Assembly: GCA_964036045.1 (NCBI GenBank)
Contig: OZ038378.1
Location: 60,698,001 to 60,762,000 of the forward strand
Direction: 5' to 3'
Length of the DNA stretch: 64,000 bases
DNA from: Eutreptiella sp. 'Long Island Sound 2002'
Lineage: Eukaryota > Protista > Euglenida
Both the position numbers and the translations under genes were made by a program. Below are positions 47,654 to 60,088 of this stretch, in pieces; position 1 is the first letter of the stretch, and every line of letters begins with the position of its first letter. The notes beneath the pieces are model-generated. The model had not been told where the DNA came from. It ran no database searches and was given only the letters and a program-made list of their open reading frames with translations.

Positions 47654-48830
47654 CACTGTCAGAATTCTGACAGTGAAAATGGAGTGGTGGAACCCCATGT
47701 TTGTGGGCAGCGCGCCTTTGGGATGTAACACAAGCCCCCTCATAGGCTACATTTTGGCATCTTTTGGCCCATTTATTGGCCGGCAAAAAAACATGAAAAA
47801 ACGACTGTTTGAGGTAATGTTGACACCCAAATTGCACGGAACAGCCAATTGCAGGCACACTGCAAAAGGCGCAGCATTGGCTAGGTGTGTGCACCAGTGT
47901 TTGCAGAGGGGTGGCAAGGGCGCGGTCACGTAACTGGGGTCCCAGGGACAGTTTTAATTTGGATGCAGGAGGACATGAAAAAACGCTGTCAAACAGCAAA
48001 ATTCTGACAGATGTTTTTCTGCAAACCCTTGTTCCAGGACGTAACCGCCACAGGATAAAAAGGGTGCGGGTAGAGGAGGCACTTGGAACACTATGCATGA
48101 AAGGCACGGGCCGGAGCAACGCATTTGTGGCAATTCTTGTCGTATGCAGATTCGCATAGCTGCGGACGGCAGTGCACAATACTACCAACAGTTTGGGTTG
48201 AAGCAACACAAGGTGTCACTGTCAGAATTCTGACAGCGAATATAACTGCGGAAGGCACAACTGGGAACATCCATTCCGTAGCCGTGCTATTCGCAAGGAA
48301 CACTGTCAGAATTCTGACAGTGACACATTGTGTTGCTTTTACCCAAACTGTTTGTGGTAATGTGCAATGCCGTCCGCACCTACAAGAATCTGCATACCCG
48401 CACATGCGTTTCTCCGGCCCGTCCCTTTCATGCATAGTGTCCAACATGCGTTCTCTACCCGCACCCTGTGGCGGTTAGCTCACGGGACAAGGGTTCGCAG
48501 AAAAACAACGGTCCGGATGTTGCTGTTTGACAGTATTTTTCCCCATCCTATTTACAATCGTCCTTGGGACCCTGGTTATGTGATTGCACCCTTTGCCACC
48601 CTTCTACGAACACTGGTACACAGACCTGCGCTTTTTCAGCGTGCCTGCAACTGGCTGTTCCGTGCCATTTGGGTGTCAAAATCGCCGTTTTTGCATGTTT
48701 TTTGCTGCCAGCAAATGGGCCAAAAGTTCCCAAAATGTAGCCCGTGAGGGGGTTTGCATTGCATTCCAAATGTGCGCTGCCCACAAACATGGGTTTCCAC
48801 CACTCCATCCATGATTGCTGTCAGAATTTT
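47654..48830. mobile_element. Foldback/long imperfect palindrome (~1.17 kb)
   Basis: 47680-48238 pairs with 48301-48805 in reverse complement (for example GAGTGGTGGAACCCCATGTTTGTGGGCAGCGC versus GCGCTGCCCACAAACATGGGTTTCCACCACTC); centre near 48265. Confidence 0.85.
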
Positions 48831-49145
48831 TGTCGTCAGGGTTGCTGTCAGGGTTTTTGGGCTACCCCCAGATGGTTCACACACCATGCGTCAGAGAACA
48901 TAAACGGAATGACGCATTTACACTATGTGCACCACACAACACACAACACACAGCATGTAACACACAATATGCAATACAACACATGGAACACACCATATGG
49001 AACACACAACGTGCCACACACAACACGCCACACATGTCATGGAAAACACCCAGCATGGAAAAAAATGTACAAAGATGTGTCGCTAATGCAGCCACTGTAA
49101 TAGGGGTGACTGGCAGACACAATGTACTGGAGGTGGTCGACTTGG

Positions 49146-49434
49146 GCACTGCCAGAATTCTGACAGTGCCTTTGCCTTTTACAGGGTACGCTTCATGGAA
49201 GGGCGATTGGTCAGATGACTGGGGCTCAATGGTGCAAAACGTGGTGGTTTGCATTGTCTAGTTATGCCTGCCTGCATTCGCCATAGTGCCCAAGGCAGGC
49301 ACACATCACTGGACAATGTAAACCACCAGAATTTGCATTGTTCAGCCCCAGTACTTTGTAGCCATGTGACCGATCACCCTTCCATGAAGCATACTCTGTG
49401 AAAGGCAAAGGCACTGCCAGAGTTCTGACAGTGC
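49146..49434. repeat. Small foldback (~75-bp arms) bounded by the same 22-bp palindrome
   Basis: 49146-49220 is the imperfect reverse complement of 49362-49434. Confidence 0.8.
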
Positions 49435-49489
49435 CCGGCTCAAACACCTCCGGAACACGGTGTCTGCGACCCTCCCCAATTACAGTGGG

Positions 49490-51065
49490 CATTTATTGGG
49501 CTTGGAGTTGACGGATAGTGCACATTGATTGCGCCATTCATTTGGCTTTGAGTTGACAAATCGTTTGCACATTCTTTGAAGCATGTTTGCACTATTCATT
49601 GGGCTTTGAGTTGATGGATAATTGGCACACTAGATGCGCTATTCCTTGGGCTTTGGGTCGACGGATATTCTACACAACGTTTGCACTATTCATTGGGTTA
49701 GGGACAGGGTCGGTAGATAGTGTGCACACGGCTTGTAGCATTCATTGGCCTTTGAGTTGACGGATAATCTAATAATGTTGCAAACAGTGTGCAGAGCATC
49801 CATCAATTAAAAGCACAATGAATGCTGCAAACAATGTTCATACTATCCGTCACCTTCAAATGAATGGTTCAATTGGAGTGCGTAGTATTTGTCAACTCAC
49901 TGCCCAAGCATAGTGCAGCCAGTGTGCATATTATCCTCCAACACAAAGACCAATGGATGTTGCTACCAATCCGCCAACTATCTGTCTACTGAAAGCCCAA
50001 TGAATGCCGCAAACAGTGTGCAACATGTCGGTTAAGTTGGAGGCCATTGAATGGTGCCACAATGTACATACTATTCGTCAACTCAAAGCCCCATGAATAG
50101 TGAGCAGTGCAATTGGTGTGCAAATTATCAGTCAACTCCAAGCCCAATGCATGCCGCAAAATGTGTACAGACTATTTGTCGACTCAAAACCTCAAAGTGT
50201 TGCACCCACTCCACACATCCCTGCGTGAAGCCAAGGATCTGTGGGTGACGCCTGATGGACCACCACCCACTCATACATCCCTTGGTGGAGATGGGTAGGC
50301 ACCCTACACCATGACATATCCTTGATTTGCCCGTACAGACCCCTACCCAACCACACATCCTGGCACGGTGCCTGTCTACGGCCCTACCCAAGCACACACA
50401 CCACAACGGTGCTGATGGCGCAATATTCAAATGCATGTTCTCCAATGGCCCATTCCCCATACCTAATCAGCCGTCCAACTATCAATCTTGACCCGTAGAT
50501 TTCGTGAAGACAAGCATTGGAGTGGACTCAGCCCTCATAGCCGGCACCAGCCAATCCAAGGTGACACTTCTCCAGAAGGTGCTATTTGTTAAAGCAGAGG
50601 CACCACTAGGTGGGAAGGAAATTCCTGTGCGGACTATCTGTCAACCCAAAAGCCAAGAAAAGGTACAACTAGTCCATAGACCATCAATCGACTCCAAGCG
50701 CAATGAATGCTGCAAACGGTGTGTCGACTATCCTTCAACTCCAAGGCCCACGAATGTTCGTCACAGTGAGAGGACTATTCGTGAACCCAAAGTCCCATGA
50801 AGAGTGCAATCGGTGTGCACACTATACGTCAACTGCAAACCGAATCGTCATTGCACTCCAAGCCCCATGAATGCCGCAAACAGCATGGAGATCCTCTGTC
50901 AACTCAGAGCCCTTTGAATGCTTCAACCAGTCTGAAGACCTTCTGTGAATTGAAAGCCTAATGGCTCCCGTAAAGAGTGTGCAATTATCCCTGTACTCAA
51001 AGCCCAATGAATAGTGCCAAAAGTGTGCAGACTATAGGTCATCTCAAAGCCCAATAAATAGCATT
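49490..51065. repeat. 47-bp satellite blocks plus copy 2 of the 470-bp direct repeat (50217-50703)
   Basis: Inverted block 49490-49765 corresponds to 41800-42075; orientation switches near 49770. Confidence 0.88.
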
Positions 51066-52699
51066 GACGGTAAGAATTGCCGCAACACGCACCAAGGCTA
51101 CAGTCAATGCACTGTACATTGGCATCAGTTCTGTGTTCTCCGTAAACAATGTCTCTGGCACACTCACACATATTCTTTTTCTCAAGCACATTTCCCTGTG
51201 TCTCCTATCTCAAGGCAATTGCACCTGCCTGAACCACATTGCTAGTTCTGCGATTGTTCCATGTTGTTCATTTCACTCAGAGCCCAATGCCAAGGCTGAC
51301 ATCTGCACCAAACTTCCGTGCACGGCCCAAGAGCTCGCCTGCCTACCGCCTTGTCACTGACCGCCCCGTCACAGCCCCTGGCACCGGTTCCCATAAAAGC
51401 AAGTTGAAGGTGAGCAGCATTCGCCCCGAGACTGTATCTTTGTACGGGGGCTATCCTGTGGACATGGCCGAGCAGCTCCTGTACAAAATTGATATGATGG
51501 ATGGAATTTATGATCGCAAGTGTGTTGTCAATACCCCTGTGCTGTGTGTGACCCTGTGCTGTGGATTGTAGAATTATCATTCTGAGAGAGATACAAGAGC
51601 TGGCCCTCAACCAAACGATTTGTGAGAGAACTTTTCTTGTCGTTGTGCTAGAGTCCAAACCGTCCACTTGGGCAACATAAACAACACCCATAGAGGACTC
51701 CCCTACAAGATATTCAAGGCCCCACACAGCCCCTGACCAGGTGAGTTTGTATCTGCTATTGTTCTTGTGTTTTGAGGAACATGTGTGGATGCCACTGTCA
51801 AAATAGTACCCAATGGAATATTGTAGGAGTTTTGTTCAGCCAAGACCCGGTCGCGGCGGTGTAGGCCATCCAAGTATTTTCAGGGGCTGCGGTGCAGGCG
51901 ACCAGTTGGAGTGTGGGCTGTCACAGGGTGATGGAACCCCTCTACTCCAACACACACAAACATTAATACCAGGGTAGGGAATGCAGTCTTCAGGGGTGTG
52001 CAGGCTGTCCCAATGACATACTTTTGATTGAACATTGGTGGTTCTTCTTGCTGCTGCTGTGGCCCAGCCTGAGTTGGACCCTAGACTTCCTGCCCGAATG
52101 TGGTGTGGGAAGCCAAATCAATCTGCAGTCAAATTTGTCGAAGAAAAAGGTTGCAACCCACATGTGTCTTCCAAAGGATGTGGCAGCGCAGTGCACGTGC
52201 ACGTGTGGTGCAATGCATACACTCCACGCTGCCAATGTGGGCTGCAGTTGAATCCATTCCTAGCCCTTCTCCCCAGCAGCTGCATTCAGCATCCTGGGTG
52301 CCTGTCTGGACCAGTTCCACTGTGACCCACCCACCAAAATACCTTAAAATGATGGCCACCTCAAGCGCAGGTGTGAGAGCCATGTTCCCCCCTTTTGGCG
52401 GTACTCGCATAGCATAGGCAATATGGGATATTGAATGTTTAACCACTTGTAAAATCATCATTTTGATAGAGAAAGTTATACCCCATGAGATTTTTCATTT
52501 TGACCCGTCAGCCCCCCTGGACCTGGGTCGCATTTTTCAGGAGGGGTAGGGGGGTTGGTGGGTGTATGTTGTAATACATGTATTCTTTTTTGCAGTAAAT
52601 GCGTATAACAAAAGAGTTGTCAGGTCGTGTAATGTTTTTTGTGGTAGTTACGTGTAAACCGGTACACAACTTACCAAAAAACATTACACGCCGTGATGA

Positions 52700-52860
52700 T
52701 GTTCTTGTATTCGCGGTTACCGCAGATAAATTGCACAACGTGACAATGTTTTTGTACACCCATTTACCGCCAAAAAAATTACACGACATGACAATTTTTT
52801 GTACACACGTCTACCGCAAAAAAAAATTACACGACTTGACAATTTTTTTGTGCTCCCATT
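52700..52860. repeat. ~48-bp tandem repeat (about 3 units)
   Basis: ACAAT(G/T)TTTTTGTACAC...TACCGC.AAAAAAATTACACGAC.TG units. Confidence 0.75.
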
Positions 52861-53559
52861 TACCACAAACAGAAATCACCTCGAAGAGACGTTGTTAGAT
52901 CAAGCGCAGGCGCGGGCGTCGTGTACCCCCCTTTTTTGGGGGTCATTCACGTAGCATACCCCAAGACATGATATTGGATGTCCAACCCCTTGTAAAATCC
53001 TTATTTTGCCCAATAAGACCATCCCCCAATGGATTTTTTGATTATGAGGCCTCTATCCCCTAAAACTGGATATCACTTTTTTGAGGGAGGGGGTGGAGGG
53101 GGGCTGGGGGATGGGGGGGGGGGGTCAAAAGTTTGCGCTAAGAAGGCTCCAAGCAGTGGGGAAACTTATCCCTATCAGACAACCGCCGGTCGAATGGTAA
53201 CACAGCCGACGCAAAGTTTTCGGTCGGCAGTTCGAATCCTGGTCCGTCGACTGTTGGCGGCGGCGGCGACGCCGTATTCACCCGACCGGGGTTCAAACTG
53301 CCAACCGACAAGACTCCGGTCAACTACCATTACCATTGGCCACTGCTTGGTCTAAGGAGAACGGTGCCCCCACTGCTTGGGGCCGCGTCTGCCACTGAAC
53401 AAACCTGAACTCCGTGTTTCTGTCTGACTGACTGCTGGCCTGGCTAAGGGACTGATTGGCAGAGTGCCAACCTCTCTTCGAAGTGCACTGCCGAAGGCAA
53501 TAGAATTACACACTTTTACTGCATAAAATGAATACACAATTTCACAAATGAAAAACAAA

Positions 53560-56500
53560 AAATGCATGCATGTAGCCACTCTGCCCACTGCAGGGCCACT
53601 ACTGATTTTGTCCCCCACTCTAAGGCGTCGGGGACCCCAGACGGCAGGAGTTATGTAGCCACAAGGCCCGCTTGTGGCCCACTGCTGATTTTGTCCACCG
53701 CTGTAAAGCGTTGGGAACCCCTAGACGGCATGCTTTATGTAGCCACCGGGCCCACTCTTGTGCAAGTGCTGATTTTGTCCCACCCTCTGAAGCCTTGGGG
53801 ACCCCCAAGAGGGCAAGGGCTATGTAGCTAGCACGCACATTTATGGGCCAATGCTGATTTTGTTCCCCGCTGTGAAATATCCCCCCCCCCCCGCGCGAAC
53901 AACACAGGTTATGTAGCCACCAAGCCCACTTGTGGGCCACTTCTGATTTTGTACTCCGGTTTCAAGTGTTGGGCCCTTGCTAGACGGCTGGGGTTATGTA
54001 GCCACGTGGCCCATTTGTGGGCCAGTGCTGATTTTGTCCCCTGCTCCGCACTGTTGGTGACCCCCAAGACGGCAGGGGTCATGAAGCCACTAGGCCCAAT
54101 TGTGGGCCACTGCTGTTTTTTTTCCCCGCTCTAAAGAAATGGGGACCCCGCAGACCGCAACGGTTATGTTGTCACTAGGCCCCTTTGTGGGCCACTGTTG
54201 ATTTTGTCCCACTCTGTGAAGCGTTGAAGACCCCACAGATGGCAGCGGTTACGGGTGCCATCAGACCTACTTGTTGGCCATTGATGATGTTGTCCCCTGC
54301 TCTGAAGCGTTGGGCATACCCGGACAGGAGGCGTCATGTAGCCACTAGGCCTAATTTGTGAGCCATTTCGGATTTTGTCCCCCCCCCCCGAAGCATTGCC
54401 CCCCCCCCCCCCTAGACGGCAGGGTTTATGTAGCCACCAGGCCCACTTGTGGGCCCCTGCTGATTTTGTCCCCCGCTTTTAAGCCTTTTGGGCCCCGCCG
54501 GACAGCAAGGGTTATGTAGCCACCAGGCCTATTTGAGGGCCACTTTTGATTTTGCTCCTTGCTCTCAAGCATTGGGGACACCATAGGCGGCAAGGGTTAT
54601 GTAGCCACCAGGCCCATTTGTGGGCCACTGCCGATTTCGCCCCCCGTTCCGAACAGTTGCGGACCCCCAAGACGGCAGGGGTTATGTACGCATCACGGGC
54701 ATTTGTGGGCCACGCTCCCAAGCGTTCGGGACCCCGAGCAGGGGAGGCTTTATGTAGCTACCACACACACTTGTGGGCCACGACTGATTTCCTTTCTAGC
54801 TACAAAGAGTTGGGGAGCCTCAGGCAGCAGGGTTATGCAGGCACCTGGCGCACTTGTGGATCACCGCTGATTTTGTCCCCCGCTATACAGTGTTGAGGAA
54901 GCCTCAGGTGGTCGGGGTTATATAGCCACGAGGCCCACTTTTCAGCCTCCGCTAATTTTGTCCCCCGTTGTGAAGTGTTGAGGTGCCCCCACAACAAGGG
55001 TTATGTTGGCATCAGGCCAACTTGTGGGCCATGGTTGATTTTGTCCCCCACTCCGAAGAGTCGGGCCCCCCAAATGTAGGGCTTATGTGGCCATAGGGCC
55101 CAGTTGTAGGCCACTACTGATCCTATCCCCCACTCCGAAGAGTGGCGGACCCTTTAAGCGGCACGGGTTACATAGCCACTAGGCCCACTTGTGTGCCACG
55201 GGTGATGTTTCTCCGTGCTCTGAAGCGGTGGCCCCCCATCGGTCGGCGGGGATTATGTAGCCACCAGGCACACTTGGGGGTCGCTGCCAATTTCACCCCA
55301 TGTTTTCAAGTGTTGCGGACCCCCAAGACAGCAAGGGTTAGGTACGCACCACGGGCAGTGGTGGGCCACGCTCCGAAGCATTCATGACTCCCCCGCATGT
55401 GAGGCGTTGTGTGGCTACCACACACACTTTTGGTTTATTGCTGATTTTGTCACCCACTGCAAAGACTCTAGGACCGCCGGACCTGCAGGTGTTATGTACC
55501 CACTAGACCAACTTGTGGGCCGGTGCTGATTTTGTTCCCTGCTCTGCGGAGTTGTGAAACCCCAAGCCAACAATCGTTATGTAGCCACCAGGCTCACTTG
55601 TGCGCTATTGTTCATTTTGCCCCTCGGTCCCAAGCATTCTGGTAGCCGCACATACCATGGGTCAAGTAGCCACCGGCCCACTTGTCGGCCACTTTTGATT
55701 TTGTCCTCTCCTATGAAGCGTTCACAACCCCTAAGTGGGCAGGGGTTATGTAGGCAGCATGCCCACTTGTGGGCCATTGCTGTTTTTGTTGCACCTTGTG
55801 AAGCATTAAGGACCCCACAGACGGCAAGGGTTATGTATGCCATCGGGCCTACTTGTGGGCCATTGATGATTTTGTCCCCCACTCCGAAATGTTCGGCACC
55901 CACCCCCCAGACGGCAGGGGTTGTGCAGCCACCGGGCCCACTTATGGGCATTCTCCGATCTTGTCCGCCGCTCGGAAGCATTGCTCCCCCCCCCCCCACC
56001 CCCCCTCCAAACGGCAGTGGTAATCCACCCATTAGGCCGACTTGTGGGCCACTTGTGATTCTGTCTCCCGCGGTGCAGTGTTGGGGACCCCAATATGGCA
56101 CGGGTTCCTAGCCACTTGGCCCACTTGCGTGTCACTTCCGATTTTGTCCCCGGCTCGCAAGTTTTTGCGACTCCCAACACGGCGACGGTTATGTACGCAC
56201 CACGCTCATTTGAGGGCCACACTCCGAAGCATTCGGGACTCCCCGCATGGGATGCGTTATGTAGCTGCCACACACACTTGTGGGCAACTGCAGTTTTAGT
56301 CCCCCACTGCGAAGTGTTAAGGACCCCCACGGCAGGGTTATGTAGACACCAAGCCCGCTTGTGGGCTATTGTTGATTTTGTCCCCCGCTCCAAAGCGTTG
56401 GGAACCCCTAGATTGCAAGGGTTATGTAGGCATGAGGCGCACTTGTGGGTCACTGCTCATCGTGTCTTTTGCTCTTGAGATTTGCGGACCCCGCAGACGG

Positions 56501-58235
56501 CGGGCTTTACGTAGCCACCAGGCCCACTCGTTGGCCATTGCTGATTTGGCCCCTGCTGTGAAGTGTTGCCCCTCCCCTTCCCCTGTGGATAGCCGTGGTG
56601 ATGCAGCCAGCAGGCCCACTTTTGGGCCCCTGCTGATTTTGCCCCATGTTTCGAAGTGTTCCGGACCCCCGAGCCACGCAATGGTGGGCCGCGCTCCAAA
56701 GCGTTCGGGGCCCCCCCGCATGGGGGGTGGTTTATGCCTGCAAGGCCCACTTGTGGGCCACTGTTGATTTTCTTCCCCGCCGTGTAGCGCTGAGGACCCT
56801 CCTCATAGTAGGGATTATGTAGCCGGTAGGCCCCCTCGGGGGCCATTGTTGATTTTGGCCCCCACTCCAAAGCGTTGGGGGCCACCGATGGCAGGGGTTA
56901 AATAGCCACTAGGCCCACTTATGGACCATTGTTGATTCTATCCCCCGCTCTTGAGAGTCACGGGCCCCACAGACGGCAGGGGTTACGTAGCCATCGAGCC
57001 CACTTGTGGGCCACTTATGTCTTTGTCCCCTTCTCAAAGGTGTCGGGGACCTCCTAAACAGGAGGGGTTGTGTAGCAACCGGAAACACACTTGTGGGCCA
57101 CCGATTTTGTCCCGCTCTCCAAAATATTGGGGACCCCCGATGGCAATGGGCCACTATTGAGTCTATCCCCCGCTCTCGAGAGTTGTGGACCCCACAGACC
57201 CCAAGGGTTATGTAACCATCAGGCCCACTTGTGGGCCACTGGCGTTTTTGTCCTCCTCTCAAAGGTGTCACGGACCTTCTAGACGGCGGGCGTTGTGTAG
57301 CCACCAGACACTCTTGTGGGCCGCTCCTAATTTTGTCCCCCTCTCCAAAGTATTGGGCACCTTCCACACGGCAAGGGGTCATGTAGCACTCGGACCATGT
57401 TTTGTGCGAGTGCTAATTTCGTCCCCGACCATGAAGCGTTGGGGAGCCCCGGGTTGTCAAGGGTCATGTGGGCACCAGGCCCAACTGTGGGCCACCACTA
57501 ATTTTGTCCCTTGCCGACAAGCGTTTGGGAGTCCGCGGCTGGCAGGGTTTATGTAGCCATGAGGCCCACTTGTGGGCCACTGCTAAAATTGTTCTTTGCT
57601 CTGTTGTGTTGGGTACCCTCCAAGCGGCACGGGTTATGTAGCCACCAAGCCCACTTGTGGGTCACTCCATATTTTGTCTCCATGCCATGCAGCGTTGGAG
57701 AGCCCCCGGGCGTCCGTGGTCATGCAGGCAATTGACCAAGTTGTGGGCCACCACTGATTTTGTCTCCCGCCCAAAAGCGTTTGGGAACCTCAAACGGCGG
57801 GGATTATGTAGCCACTAGGCCCACTTGTGGGCCACTGCTCATTTTCTCCCCCGCTACGAATCCTTGGCAACCCCCAGACGGCAGCCTCAATGTAGCCCCC
57901 AAACCCTCTTTTTTGCGAACGCTGATTTTGTGCCCTGCCATGAGGCGATGGGGGGGGGCGGGTGTTGGGGGCCATGTAGGCAACAAGCCAAGTTGTGGAC
58001 CACTAGTGATTTTGTCCCTTGCACCAAGGCTTTTGCGACCCTGCCGACGGCAGGGGTTATGTAGCCACCTGGCCCACTTGTTGGTCATTTGCTGATTTTG
58101 TCCCGCCGCGACGAAGGTTGGAGAGCCCCCGCGTGTTGGCGGTCATGTAGGCACCGGGCTCAATTGACGGCCACTTCTGATTTTGTTACCCGCACAAAAG
58201 CGTTAGGGAATCTCAGCAGCTATGTGTATAGCGAC
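53560..58235. repeat. Diverged ~83-bp satellite
   Basis: GGGTTATGTAGCCACCAGGCCCACTTGTGGGCCACTGCTGATTTTGTCCCCCGCT...GACCCC.AGACGGCA; for example TTATGTAGCC at 53653 and 53736. Confidence 0.93.
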
Positions 58236-58704
58236 CTAGTCGGCTATCAGACATCAGACATCAGACTTTTATGGACCATCACCCCCAACCCCCCCCCCCC
58301 CCCCACCCCAACACCCTTTCTAACCCCCCCCCCCCCTGTGTCAGACTTTGCCCGCCCCCCCCCCCCGTGTCCCCCCCCAATATCAGACTTGTCCCATTGT
58401 CACCACACCCTTGAGGTGTAGAAGTGGGTTGTGGTCTCGACCCTAGCGTCTGAAACCCAACCAGTGCTTGCAACCCCTTCAATGATGGTACGTGCCCCCC
58501 CCCCCCCCACCCCATCCCACCCCATCTCTCTGACTGCAACCGATCGGGGGGCTCATATGTGACTGAAGACAAGTGGGAACAGAATCCTGATGTCTGGCCC
58601 AAGCAACCTCACCTCAGCTAATCGGGTCAGTTTTGCTGGAGGGGTGGGTGGGTGTGGGGTTCATCGGGTTGGGCCGGAACTGTGGAGAGGGGGGGTAGTG
58701 GGTT

Positions 58705-58925
58705 TCGAGCACGGCACAACACAGCACGGCACAGCACGGCACATCCCAGCACATCACATCAGAGCACACCAAAGCACAACATACAGCATAGCACAGCATA
58801 TTACAGCACAACACAGCACAACACAGCCCCTACGGCCGCCCAAGAGAGCCTCCCTCCCTCCCTCCCTCCCTCCCTCCCTCCCCTCCCTCCCTCCTCCCTC
58901 CCTCCCCTCCCTCCCCTCCCTCCCA
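58705..58925. repeat. Simple repeats (CAGCA)n-like then (CCCT)n
   Basis: Seen directly at 58705-58825 and 58845-58925. Confidence 0.9.
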
Positions 58926-59139
58926 CCCTGTCATTTCCCTGCTTGTGTGGTTGAGGTTAGGGAGGGTATGCCTGTTTTTCTTTTTCAGGTTTTCTTTTCC
59001 AGTAGAGTGTTTTCCCCACCAGCTTACCAAGGTCCGAACCCAAAAAAAATTAAAATACCAGGTATGTTACTCCGTTCCTTAGTTAGTTCCGTGGAGGGTG
59101 GATGGGGCACCGCTCCCCCAAGCGCCCCCTTGACACTTA

Positions 59140-60020
59140 TTTACCCCCCCATCAATTTCATATGCCCCCCCTATCAATTTCATAGCCCCCCCCCCCATCC
59201 ATTTCATAGCCCCCCCCCACATCCATTTCATAGCCCCCCCCATCAATTTCATAGCCCCCTCCCATCAATTTCATAGCCCCCCCCCCACATCCATTTCATA
59301 GCCCCCCCTATCAATTTCGTAGCCCCCCCCCATCCATTTCATAGCCCCCCCCCTATCAATTTCATAGCCCCCCCCCCCCCTGCATTTCATAGCCCCTCCC
59401 GCATCAATTTCACAGCCTCCTCCCATCAATTTCATAGCCCCCCCCTATCAATTTTCATAGACACCCCCCATCAATTTCATATGCCCCCCCATCAATTTCA
59501 TAGCCCCCCCCCCTATCAATCTCATAGCCCCCCCCCCCCCCTTATCAATTTCATAGCCCCCCATCAATTTCATAGCCCCCCCCCATCAATTTCATAGCCC
59601 TACCCCCATCAATTTCACAGCCCTACCCCCCATCAATTTCATAGCCCCACCCCCATCAATTTCATAGATCCCCCCCATTCAATTTCATAGCCCCCCCCCA
59701 TCGATTTCATAGCCCCCTGCCCTATCAATTTTATAACCCCCCCTTTATCAATTTCATAGCCCCTCCCCCATCATGTTCATAGCCCCGCCCCCATCCATTT
59801 CATAGCCCCCCCATCAATTTCATATGCCCCGCTATCAATTTCATAGCCCCCCCCCCATCCAATACATAGCCCCCCCCCCTATCAATTTCATAGCCCCCCC
59901 CCATCAATTTCATAGCCCCACCCCCATGAATTTCATAGGTTCCCCCCATTCAATTTCATAGCCCCCCCCCCCATCTATTTCATACCCCCGCCCTTGACTT
60001 CATAGCCCCCCCCCCCATTG
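59140..60020. repeat. ~22-27-bp minisatellite (ATCAATTTCATAG + poly-C)
   Basis: Roughly 35 units with a variable C-run. Confidence 0.97.
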
Positions 60021-60088
60021 ATTCACAGAGGGGTGTACACCCCTCTTAGGAATTGGCGCGTGGGCACGCTCCGATTCCTAGAGGGGTC

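Noticed and set aside
42489-50703. LTR retrotransposon bounded by the 470-bp direct repeats
   Set aside because: No TG...CA termini, PBS, PPT or gag/protease/RT/integrase motifs were found between them.
51239-51750. Host gene exons (SLYGGYPVDMAEQLLYKID...; CAG|GTGAGT donor near 51740)
   Set aside because: All three frames upstream of the donor contain stops and no family was recognised; unsupported without RNA-seq.
53182-53300. tRNA-Cys-like gene (GAATGGTAA...GCA...GTTCGAATCC)
   Set aside because: Acceptor and anticodon stems do not form; at best a decayed Pol III/SINE remnant.
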